64,000 bases of DNA, taken from positions 1,839-65,838 of the IMG/VR virus record IMGVR_UViG_3300036816_000007; one strand, written 5' to 3'. Every line of letters starts with the position of its first letter. Position 1 is the first letter of the stretch. Position numbers and translations under genes: made by a program. Positions 34,051 through 41,503 of this stretch are shown piece after piece. This DNA is from a virus. The notes beneath the pieces are model-generated. The model searched no databases. It had not been told where the DNA came from and was given only the letters and a program-made list of their open reading frames with translations.

Positions 34051-35382
34051 TTACGCCACCTCCTTCCGCGGCTCTGCGCTGTCTGATTCGCGGGAATCAT
34101 CGCTGAGTGTCAGTTTACCGCCTATTAGCTTATTTACGTAGCCAATCGACAGTACGTCCGGGTCCGGTTCAACTTCGGGAACAACGGTGAAGTAAATTTC
34201 GTCATCATCTGTACTCTTAACGATATCTTCGACACGAACCTCCGTAGGACTCGGCGCTTCGAAATACTCCGCAGGAACCGCGAGCCCTAACGCACGTCTC
34301 AGCGCAATCGCGCGGCCAATATGCGAGTTGAATACGTCGCCTGGCGCACATACAGCGCGTCCTGTGAACTCCGGAGTCTTGCCATTGGATGCGTATCGTA
34401 AAAAGGCGAGGGCGGCTACCTTACGTTTCTGACGGTCAACCGCGAACTTAATCGTCACATGGCCGATATCCTCCAGCGCAGGAATCGACTCCCATGCGCC
34501 TGAATTGTCGCCGCGTGCATCCGCAATAAGCTTCGCCACGTCCTCCTTCGCACGCTTAACGATGTCATCACGCTTTCTCTGACGCGCTTCCTTCGCCCGT
34601 TGCGCCAGGTTGGCGGTAACTTCCGCAACTGTGACGGATGTCTTTTGCGCAACTTTAGCGAATGCGTCCGTAGCTACCTGCGCCGTAACGCCTAGGTCAG
34701 AGGAGCGCGGGTTAACAGGCGCAGTCTCCAACGCTGCCACACGTTTCTCAAGCGAAGCCACTCGCGTCGTCAACTTCGCGATAAGCTCGGCCGCTTGGTC
34801 AGACGCGGGCTTGGCGGAGAGAGGTTCGGATACTGGCGCCGGTTGTTGTGCGAATTCTATCGGTTCGAGTACGCGGAAGTCCACGTCATCAATGTACCAT
34901 TGTCCATCAGCGTAATAATCCGCGTTCTCCGTAAGATCAGCGAATACCGTGCGATTTTTAACTCGTTTTACTTTCGCAATATCTCCGGTTTTGTAATAGT
35001 AACCGTTAGAAGAATTGCGACCGTTCACACTTACGACAATCACGCGATCGCCCACCGCAGCTTTCCGATCGACCATACGGAACCTTTCGGCTTCTCCGTC
35101 GCCGTTAGGCGTTTTGATGCGGACGATATCGGTAGGTTCAAGAACATAACAGTTTGCGCGAACATGGTTCTGCCAGCGTCTGGTACCGTCGTTGTCAAAA
35201 AACTCAGCGCCGTCGAGATCGCCACCTCTTACGTTATAAGGTTTGCCTTCGGTAATACCCGGACGATCCGAGTCAAACACGATCCGATCACCAACGCGCG
35301 CCTTCCGCTTAACCTCGCGATATTCACGTTTGATTCCGCCCAAGCTTTCGTCTTTCAATACGGTAATGTTCGTCATATACAA
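34051..35382 (-). CDS. repeat-domain protein, paralog family member 1 (2 SH3-like repeats, coiled coil, C-terminal CAPxDVFN domain)
   Basis: The repeats are YREVKRKARVGDRIVF...CYVLEP and FRMVDRKAAVGDRVIV...FRVLEP. The C-terminus is GRAVCAPGDVFNSHIGRAIALRRALGL. Confidence 0.65.
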   Translation of the reverse strand: MYMTNITVLKDESLGGIKREYREVKRKARVGDRIVFDSDRPGITEGKPYNVRGGDLDGAEFFDNDGTRRWQNHVRANCYVLEPTDIVRIKTPNGDGEAERFRMVDRKAAVGDRVIVVSVNGRNSSNGYYYKTGDIAKVKRVKNRTVFADLTENADYYADGQWYIDDVDFRVLEPIEFAQQPAPVSEPLSAKPASDQAAELIAKLTTRVASLEKRVAALETAPVNPRSSDLGVTAQVATDAFAKVAQKTSVTVAEVTANLAQRAKEARQRKRDDIVKRAKEDVAKLIADARGDNSGAWESIPALEDIGHVTIKFAVDRQKRKVAALAFLRYASNGKTPEFTGRAVCAPGDVFNSHIGRAIALRRALGLAVPAEYFEAPSPTEVRVEDIVKSTDDDEIYFTVVPEVEPDPDVLSIGYVNKLIGGKLTLSDDSRESDSAEPRKEVA

Positions 35383-35399
35383 ATCCGCTCCCTTATCGT

Positions 35400-35819
35400 T
35401 TAGTTTTCGATTTTAACGCGTACTTTCTGGCGGCCGAACTGGCGCGCTTCTTTCTCTGACGCAACTAATACGTCAAGCTTGCGGCCTTTAATCAAACCTC
35501 CGGTGTCTTCCGCAATCGCTGCGATCTCCGTTCCGTCTGCCAAACGGATCGTGAGCGGAGTATGCAGCGGGATCACGCGCTTATCAACGGCCACAACGCG
35601 GCGCCCTTCGTGTGTGATCGTGTTGCGTACGTCGAGTTCCGTGTAAGTAAATCCGCTGCAACCTTCGGAACACATCGCGATATAAGCGGTAGCTTCGTAC
35701 GTTTGCCAAACGTGTTCCTTCGCAAGTTTGCCTGTTACCTGCGAAGTTTTAGCGGACGGTTGCGGCGGTTCTGGCTCGTTCGGTGGGACTCCGTTAACAG
35801 CGCTGATTCCGATAGACAT
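35400..35819 (-). CDS. 3D-domain (MltA/RlpA-like barrel) protein
   Basis: The sequence ATAYIAMCSEGCSGFTYTE...VAVDKRVIPLHTPLTIRL...AEDTGGLIKGRKLDVLVASEKEARQFG fits the 3D domain. An in-frame hydrophobic extension lies upstream without a canonical start. Confidence 0.6.
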   Translation of the reverse strand: MSIGISAVNGVPPNEPEPPQPSAKTSQVTGKLAKEHVWQTYEATAYIAMCSEGCSGFTYTELDVRNTITHEGRRVVAVDKRVIPLHTPLTIRLADGTEIAAIAEDTGGLIKGRKLDVLVASEKEARQFGRQKVRVKIEN

Positions 35820-35854
35820 TGCGATGATGATTTGCGCGATTATACTTAGCGAGA

Positions 35855-36445
35855 TTACTTCGCCTCCTGTCCGCCGAAATGTGCGTCAATTTTAGCGATG
35901 AGGGATGCTCGGGCTTCGGCTGGCGTGATTTTCGTTAACGCGGCTGGCGAGAACCATTCGTAGTCTTCCGACATGACACTTTCTCCTCGCAGACCGTAAA
36001 TATCACGCGAATCGTCGGCACGAGTAATGAGTACGATATCCCCTTCGTCGAAGTCATCGACTGACGTAATATCCGTAACCCGCGCATAATCTCCGACTTT
36101 CAGACGCGATTCCTCGGCGAGCTGCGCTTCGAGTTGCGCGATTTCAGCGGTGAGAATTGCGAGTTGGGTGCGTTTAAGAGCGATAAGCTCCTCCGGTAGC
36201 TTGACTTTGCGGAATAATGTGTCGTCATCGCTATCGTATTTCCAGTAGTCACCGTCGGTATCTTCGTACTCCAAATCCGCGTCTAAAATATCGTAAGTAC
36301 CAAGAGGAGTATACGAGTAACCGTGATCGTGACGAACAATATCTCCCGCAGACGCCGCAACACTCTCGTGCTGAGCTTCATAATACTCACCGTTGTACTC
36401 GATGAATCCTTCGCCTCTGTCTTTTACTCCGATTAATCGCGCCAT
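35855..36445 (-). CDS. repeat-domain protein, paralog family member (1 VGDYARV-type repeat)
   Basis: RLKVGDYARVTDITSVDDFDEGDIVLI matches repeats in 50145..51638. Confidence 0.55.
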   Translation of the reverse strand: MARLIGVKDRGEGFIEYNGEYYEAQHESVAASAGDIVRHDHGYSYTPLGTYDILDADLEYEDTDGDYWKYDSDDDTLFRKVKLPEELIALKRTQLAILTAEIAQLEAQLAEESRLKVGDYARVTDITSVDDFDEGDIVLITRADDSRDIYGLRGESVMSEDYEWFSPAALTKITPAEARASLIAKIDAHFGGQEAK

Positions 36446-36477
36446 CTAATCCGCTCCCTTATCGTTAATTTTCGTTG

Positions 36478-36765
36478 TTAAACGTCGTATTCGTAAAAGT
36501 TAGCTATCCGCAACTCCTCGATCAATAACGTAGCCTCGCGAAGATTAACGCCAGCGCTTTCCGCCATGATTTCGCCGGTCAATACGTCATCCTCCGTTTT
36601 GGCCGCGATGATAACGCCGGTAACTTCGCCAGCTCGCGCCAGTTCCGCATAGCGTTCGAGCAATGCGATGACGGCGGCCTGCGCCTCTTGTTCCGGAGTT
36701 GGGCGCGGTACGAACGGGAGGACTTCGGCGAGCTTGCGTTGGTCATCCGTTTTGACTTCGCTCAT
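36478..36765 (-). CDS. hypothetical protein
   Basis: 95 aa track ORF. Confidence 0.5.
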   Translation of the reverse strand: MSEVKTDDQRKLAEVLPFVPRPTPEQEAQAAVIALLERYAELARAGEVTGVIIAAKTEDDVLTGEIMAESAGVNLREATLLIEELRIANFYEYDV

Positions 36766-36910
36766 CTGCGATCACCTCCGCCGCAATTTGTTTCGCGAGA
36801 ATCCATCCGAGAGTATACGCGATAAATCCCTCAGCCGGCGTCGCGTCAAACATGTGTAGCGCTAGCTGTTGCGCAATTAGTCCGCCAATCAACTCTCCGA
36901 TCAGTCTCAT
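36743..36910 (-). CDS. possible 55-aa membrane protein
   Basis: The ATGA start overlaps the upstream stop. Hand translation gives MRLIGELIGGLIAQQLALHMFDATPAEGFIAYTLGWILAKQIAAEVIADERSQNG. Confidence 0.45.
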   Translation of the reverse strand: MRLIGELIGGLIAQQLALHMFDATPAEGFIAYTLGWILAKQIAAEVIADERSQNG

Positions 36911-37092
36911 TCGGCGCCCTCCTCTTCGGTAACTTCTGTATCACTTACCGCGGTAAATTCCCATTCGACCGGAAAGTCTTCGTTAAACAGCAGGCTCTCA
37001 ATGCGGCAGCACACTTCCATTCCTCCGATATCCGGATTGCGTACTTCGTTCGGGTCATATACGACATAGCCGCGGATTTCAACTCGTTTCAT
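36907..37092 (-). CDS. hypothetical protein
   Basis: 61 aa. It starts directly after the thyX stop. Confidence 0.5.
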   Translation of the reverse strand: MKRVEIRGYVVYDPNEVRNPDIGGMEVCCRIESLLFNEDFPVEWEFTAVSDTEVTEEEGAE

Positions 37093-37869
37093 TTACGCAC
37101 TCTCCTTCGTATCAAAATACGGAGCCAGCCACGGATCAACCTTTACGATCTCATCGCGCAATCTCACAGTTAAATCCGCGATCTCCCATTGAGCACCTCG
37201 CCCCGGCCGTCTCTTCGCGTAGAAATCGAGCAGCGTGCGCAAGTTTCCGGTCATTACTAGATTGCACGCGGCAGCATTCGGTAGGACCATGCGTGCGTCT
37301 TCCGGCGGGACTCCGGCTTCGCGCAGACAGTCGTATGCGCCCTGAGCGTCGGCCATAGCTTGCGTGAAGATAGAAAGCGCGTCGTCTTCGAAAAGAGTTC
37401 CTACATCCGTTTTCTTGTCCGCGGTTACTTTCGGAGGCGTTACGAAACTAAAACCGCCAATCTTATCCGCGGTACCCATCCGGACATAACGTTGACTCTG
37501 CACGCTGAACGATAAGTGACGGTGGCGCGTGAGCTGTGCGAGGAGTGCGCGGCTTACGCCTTCGATCGCGAATGTATACGTGATGTGCTCCAGCGTGGAT
37601 TGGTGTCCGCTTCGTGTTATGTGACGGAACAAACGGTCAGCCTCCGTGCCGCCTTCGCCATCTGACGCCGCGTTTCCGAAGTACTTTTCGCCTTCCTGCG
37701 CGACAATCTCCGTAGGCTTGAGCGGTGAGTAACACGTGCGGATTGCGGTAAGTGCGACTGCGCCACGCTCGTTATATCCGTCGAGATCGTTGACGACAAT
37801 ACCAGCGCCAAGCAACTCCGATTCATACGCAGAATTAATACGTGTATGTGCGATTAATTTAACGTTCAA
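37093..37869 (-). CDS. thyX: FAD-dependent thymidylate synthase
   Basis: The ThyX motif RHRHLSFSVQSQRY is present. Confidence 0.9.
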   Translation of the reverse strand: MNVKLIAHTRINSAYESELLGAGIVVNDLDGYNERGAVALTAIRTCYSPLKPTEIVAQEGEKYFGNAASDGEGGTEADRLFRHITRSGHQSTLEHITYTFAIEGVSRALLAQLTRHRHLSFSVQSQRYVRMGTADKIGGFSFVTPPKVTADKKTDVGTLFEDDALSIFTQAMADAQGAYDCLREAGVPPEDARMVLPNAAACNLVMTGNLRTLLDFYAKRRPGRGAQWEIADLTVRLRDEIVKVDPWLAPYFDTKESA

Positions 37870-37991
37870 TTAGCGTCATCCTTTCGGTCGTAATGTTTGT
37901 GAATTGTAACGAAATTAAATCCGTAACAAGCAAGCGCAATAGCGATACCGAACGAGATAACAAGCGCAGGAAGCGCTAAAAATGGGCTCAT
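37866..37991 (-). CDS. possible 41-aa membrane peptide
   Basis: SD GGAG. The peptide is MSPFLALPALVISFGIAIALACYGFNFVTIHKHYDRKDDAN. Its stop overlaps the thyX TTG start. Confidence 0.45.
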   Translation of the reverse strand: MSPFLALPALVISFGIAIALACYGFNFVTIHKHYDRKDDAN

Positions 37992-38006
37992 ACTTACGTC
38001 AACTCC

Positions 38007-38093
38007 TTATCGTATAATCGTCCGGACTAAGAGCCCGATCCAAACCGTCGTACAGTATGCGGTGATGATTGCGTAGGTGTAGCGTTTAGTCAT
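38007..38093 (-). CDS. possible 28-aa membrane peptide
   Basis: The ATG lies inside AATGAC, overlapping the upstream stop. The peptide is MTKRYTYAIITAYCTTVWIGLLVRTIIR. Confidence 0.35.
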   Translation of the reverse strand: MTKRYTYAIITAYCTTVWIGLLVRTIIR

Positions 38094-38313
38094 TCGTCCA
38101 CTCCTTGCGTTTCGGCTTACCGTCGTGGACCATCCGCTGGAACATAAACTCGCGGAACAGTTCGCGCAATTTCTTGGCGGTGAGGTAACGTTCTAGGAAC
38201 CATACGTATAAATGTACGATCCCTGCGCCAGCGAGTAGTAATAGCGCGATTAATCCGGCGACGCCTAGTGCAATAATTGCGTGATATGCGAAGCCTTGAG
38301 TTAGTGGGTTCAT
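38086..38313 (-). CDS. small membrane protein
   Basis: TM segment AIIALGVAGLIALLLLAGAGIVHLYVWFL. Confidence 0.55.
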   Translation of the reverse strand: MNPLTQGFAYHAIIALGVAGLIALLLLAGAGIVHLYVWFLERYLTAKKLRELFREFMFQRMVHDGKPKRKEWTND

Positions 38314-38711
38314 CCCGCGGCCACCTCACACCTCTGACGTTCAATCTCCGCCTGCAGTAACGGTTCCGGACGGATGAACGTCGGCGGCTTAACGACCTTA
38401 TTCGTAATCGGATCGTAATGGACCGTACCGTCCGGCCATACTTTCGACATGTTCGCGTCATGTACGATATCGAATAGCGCAGCAGGTTTGACGCCGATTT
38501 CTACGAGAGTGCCGAGCGCCAGGTAAATAAGATCGATCATCGCGTCAGCCTGGTCGACGACCGTTTCCGCTTCGTCAAACTCGTTTAACTCTTCGGACAT
38601 GTATAGATAACGCTCCGTGCGGCGTTTCTCCGACATAACCGCGGGCCTATCCGCATGTGGTACGCCGAACTTATCGTGAAACTCGCGAACCATTTCGTAT
38701 TGCTCGTTCAA
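38310..38711 (-). CDS. MazG-like nucleotide pyrophosphohydrolase
   Basis: The sequence MVREFHDKFG...YMSEELNEFDEAETVVDQADAMIDLIYLALG fits the MazG-like EExxE/D pattern. Confidence 0.6.
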   Translation of the reverse strand: MNEQYEMVREFHDKFGVPHADRPAVMSEKRRTERYLYMSEELNEFDEAETVVDQADAMIDLIYLALGTLVEIGVKPAALFDIVHDANMSKVWPDGTVHYDPITNKVVKPPTFIRPEPLLQAEIERQRCEVAAG

Positions 38712-38717
38712 ATACGA

Positions 38718-38849
38718 TCACTCCTTCGTTAATTTCTTCGCGAGCCAATCCGCTACTTTATCGAGCTTGAGCGAATGGGCGAACGCTAGTATAAACGTCT
38801 TCCACGCGGCATTTAATTCAGCGGCAGCTTCCTCGAATGTCTGTTTCAT
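38718..38849 (-). CDS. hypothetical 43-aa protein
   Basis: Internal start MKQTFEE overlaps the upstream stop (ATGA). Confidence 0.4.
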   Translation of the reverse strand: MKQTFEEAAAELNAAWKTFILAFAHSLKLDKVADWLAKKLTKE

Positions 38850-38992
38850 ATCAGCGTCCACACTGCGACCAGCCCCGTAACCACTATCGCAATCGCCGTC
38901 CAATCACGCGCAGCCTGTTCGCGTTCGATACGTTCGGCTGGCGCGGTTCTGACGGTGAATCCGGTCGGCGTGCGTTCGAATTTATACGCCAT
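38846..38992 (-). CDS. possible 48-aa C-tail-anchored protein
   Basis: SD GGAGG. The protein is MAYKFERTPTGFTVRTAPAERIEREQAARDWTAIAIVVTGLVAVWTLI. Confidence 0.45.
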   Translation of the reverse strand: MAYKFERTPTGFTVRTAPAERIEREQAARDWTAIAIVVTGLVAVWTLI

Positions 38993-38997
38993 ACCGA

Positions 38998-39123
38998 TCA
39001 ACCTCCGTTATATTCGCACCAGCATTGCGGGCACATACCGTTTTCTTCCGCCCAGGTACCGACTTCAACTTCGACCCACTCGTAGCAGCCTTCGCATTCA
39101 AATTCGCGTACATCTTCGTCCAT
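38998..39123 (-). CDS. possible 41-aa zinc-ribbon peptide
   Basis: SD AAGGAGG. The peptide is MDEDVREFECEGCYEWVEVEVGTWAEENGMCPQCWCEYNGG. Confidence 0.5.
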   Translation of the reverse strand: MDEDVREFECEGCYEWVEVEVGTWAEENGMCPQCWCEYNGG

Positions 39124-39137
39124 GTTTTGCGCCTCCT

Positions 39138-39287
39138 TTAGCGGTCATATTCGTAGCAGATCGCTACTCTGTCTCCGGACATTACCGCGTATACATTTCG
39201 GTGAGATTCTCCGTCAACGTCTCTTACGCAAACCTCCGCGTCATCCGGAAAGCGTTCGATAAGTTCGATTAGCTCCGCTTTAGTCAC
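39138..39287 (-). CDS. hypothetical 49-aa protein
   Basis: GTG start after GAGGAG. Only the C-terminal part of track ORF 39138..39449 looks protein-like. Confidence 0.45.
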   Translation of the reverse strand: MTKAELIELIERFPDDAEVCVRDVDGESHRNVYAVMSGDRVAICYEYDR

Positions 39288-39397
39288 GCGCTCAGCTCCT
39301 CGATTACGATCTGCCCGCCAATCTCGCGTAGTTGTATATCCGTTGTTAAACGCTGTCCTTGCGGCCGCCATACGAGGATTTGCGCATCGCCAGGCAT
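39284..39397 (-). CDS. possible 37-aa peptide
   Basis: Its stop overlaps the downstream GTG start (GTGA). The SD is weak. Confidence 0.25.
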   Translation of the reverse strand: MPGDAQILVWRPQGQRLTTDIQLREIGGQIVIEELSA

Positions 39398-39420
39398 TTC
39401 TGAACGTATGAGTGCGGTAA

Positions 39421-40332
39421 CTAGTTCGTCTTTGGCCACGCGGCTTCACCGTCCTTAGCGCCTTCTTGCGCGTAGATTGCGTCAGTGTCGTCGATGATAC
39501 TGAAGGTACTTGCGAAGTCCCAACATCCGTTACTGAACCAATAACCCGCTGAGTCTGAGCGCTTCTTCGTGATCGTCCGGATACCGTTATCGTACGGATG
39601 CGATTTACGTTGAACTATCATTCCTACCGTCGGTTCTGCGGGCTTCGGCGCATTCACGAACGCATCCGTCAACGTCAAGCCGAGCGCACGTTCAGCCGCG
39701 ATTACTTTGCCGATGTCTGCGTTAAATACGTCGTCGGGCGCGCACTTTGCGATGCCTACTGCGTCGGGCTTATCCCCGCTCCGTCTCCGTCCCATACGAA
39801 CTAACGCTGTAACCATACGTTTATCGCGGTTAACGTGAAACTCTACGTTATAAAACTTCGTTTTGAACGGACCTTGCGGTAATTCCGCGTTAGGATTCGA
39901 TCCGATCCGCCCCAACTCCGTAACCCTTTCGCGAGCCATTTCGATAACCTTGGCGCGTGTTAACGGAGGTTCGCTAACGCTCTCCTCTACGGTAACCTCC
40001 GCGCTCTTAACCGGTTCGATCTCCGCCAAGTAGCTGCGTACGGCCGGCGCATTGTCGCGGATGAATTGCGCGAAGAGGTCCGGGAGGTTGGCGGTAGATG
40101 ACGCAGGAGTTGCGGTTGGTTCGAGAACTACGTATTCCGAGTGAAAGATGCCTGCGCGACCGTATGCGTTACCTTCCGGATGCTTAACGAATACTCCGTG
40201 AGTTATGTCCGCGCTTTCCACTACGAATTCATCTCCGTTTACATAGCGGCTGTCACAAGCGGCTACGATCTTAACGCGTTCACCTGCGTTGGCTTTGCGT
40301 TGGACTTCGCGGTACTGTTTTACGTTTGACAT
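39421..40332 (-). CDS. repeat-domain protein, paralog family member 2 (1 SH3-like repeat plus C-terminal CAPxDVFN domain)
   Basis: The repeat is YREVQRKANAGERVKIV...YVVLEP. The C-terminus is GIAKCAPDDVFNADIGKVIAAERALGL. Confidence 0.65.
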   Translation of the reverse strand: MSNVKQYREVQRKANAGERVKIVAACDSRYVNGDEFVVESADITHGVFVKHPEGNAYGRAGIFHSEYVVLEPTATPASSTANLPDLFAQFIRDNAPAVRSYLAEIEPVKSAEVTVEESVSEPPLTRAKVIEMARERVTELGRIGSNPNAELPQGPFKTKFYNVEFHVNRDKRMVTALVRMGRRRSGDKPDAVGIAKCAPDDVFNADIGKVIAAERALGLTLTDAFVNAPKPAEPTVGMIVQRKSHPYDNGIRTITKKRSDSAGYWFSNGCWDFASTFSIIDDTDAIYAQEGAKDGEAAWPKTN

Positions 40333-40354
40333 CGTATCATCTCCGTTTCGTTTA

Positions 40355-40387
40355 GTGGGCGGTGCGTGGGCGGTGCGTGGGCGCTGT
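40355..40387. repeat. three tandem 11-bp repeats GTGGGCGGTGC in the 5' leader of 39421..40332
   Basis: The plus strand reads gtgggcggtgc gtgggcggtgc gtgggcgctgt. Confidence 0.85.
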
Positions 40388-40415
40388 GATGCCTTAGTTA
40401 GCGTGTTGTTTGCGC

Positions 40416-40456
40416 CTTATACTTAGATTGACAATCTCCTACCTCCATTCGCACAC
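40416..40456 (-). promoter_or_regulatory. conserved 41-bp promoter-like element, copy 3
   Basis: The minus strand reads GTGTGCGAA-N12-GATTGTCAATCTAAGTATAAG. It lies between a terminator and the next gene. Confidence 0.6.
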
Positions 40457-40474
40457 TTTTCCGTAAATAAATTT

Positions 40475-40507
40475 AAAAAAAAACGGAGCAGCCCGCAGGC
40501 CCTCCGT
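40475..40507 (-). terminator. rho-independent terminator after nrdF
   Basis: The minus strand reads ACGGAGGGCCTGCGGGCTGCTCCGT followed by T9. Confidence 0.75.
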
Positions 40508-40518
40508 TAGTGTCCGTT

Positions 40519-41484
40519 TTATACCGCGAAATCCGCGTCAGTAAGCGGTACTATATTGACCGCCTTCTGATAACCGTTACCCTTTTTCGAAAAGAAATCA
40601 TGTATCTTCGTCGCGGTATTAATTCCGTTAAGTACGATTGGATTGATATCCTCGTCAGGAAAATGCGTAGGCCGTCCGAGGTTCATAAGCGCACGGTTAA
40701 AGTTGTAGCGCAGGAATGGCAACACGTCCTCCTCAAGTCCGATCGGAGCGTATAACTCAACGGTATAGCCCGCCTCATTATCGTAGAGTCTACGCAATAA
40801 CGACGCCACCTCACGGTCGAGCTCCGCTTGTGTTTCCGAAGGTAATTCCGCATATAGTTCGCGCGCCAACGTTCCGACGTACTGTCCGTGTACCGCCTCA
40901 TCGCGCATAATCAAGTCGATAATCTCGCCGCTGGCCGTCATCTTACCGCGTCCTGCGAGTAATAGCGGATAGTAAAAGCCGGAATAGAACAGCGCGGATT
41001 CCAAGAATACGGACGCAACCATCGCCATGTATAAGCGCTCGGGTGACGTGATTGAGCGGTAATATCCGCTGATGATTTCGCCTTTGCGTCGTAAGAACGG
41101 ATTAGATGCGGTCCACTCGAATACGCGGTCGGATTCTTCCGTTGATACGAGCGTTGCGAAGATTGCGCTATAGGACTTGGCGTGGATATGCTCCATCATA
41201 CCCATAAACGCGAGGACCGCCTTTTTCTGCGCGGATTCTACGTGTTGCATAATGAGCGGCATTCCTTCTGCTCCCTGCACTGTGTCTAGGAACGTAAGCC
41301 CTCCGAGCACCATCTTATATACGTCGCGCTCAACGTCGCTTAACGCCAACCACGCCATCTTATCGTCATCTAGCGGGATTTCATGTTCGCGCCAAATCTG
41401 CATAAAGTTTTGATCAAGGAACTCCTCGGAATAGTCATCATCTGGGCGGTTCCAGTTTACGGATTTAAGTACGGTTGTTGTCAT
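40519..41484 (-). CDS. nrdF: ribonucleotide reductase class Ib beta subunit
   Basis: 321 aa of the ferritin-like R2 type, located downstream of nrdE. Confidence 0.85.
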   Translation of the reverse strand: MTTTVLKSVNWNRPDDDYSEEFLDQNFMQIWREHEIPLDDDKMAWLALSDVERDVYKMVLGGLTFLDTVQGAEGMPLIMQHVESAQKKAVLAFMGMMEHIHAKSYSAIFATLVSTEESDRVFEWTASNPFLRRKGEIISGYYRSITSPERLYMAMVASVFLESALFYSGFYYPLLLAGRGKMTASGEIIDLIMRDEAVHGQYVGTLARELYAELPSETQAELDREVASLLRRLYDNEAGYTVELYAPIGLEEDVLPFLRYNFNRALMNLGRPTHFPDEDINPIVLNGINTATKIHDFFSKKGNGYQKAVNIVPLTDADFAV

Positions 41485-41503
41485 ATATTCGTCTCCCTTC
41501 GAT

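Noticed and set aside
40355-40387. A G-quadruplex in the 11-bp repeats.
   Set aside because: Only three G3 tracts are present, and four are needed for a canonical intramolecular quadruplex.
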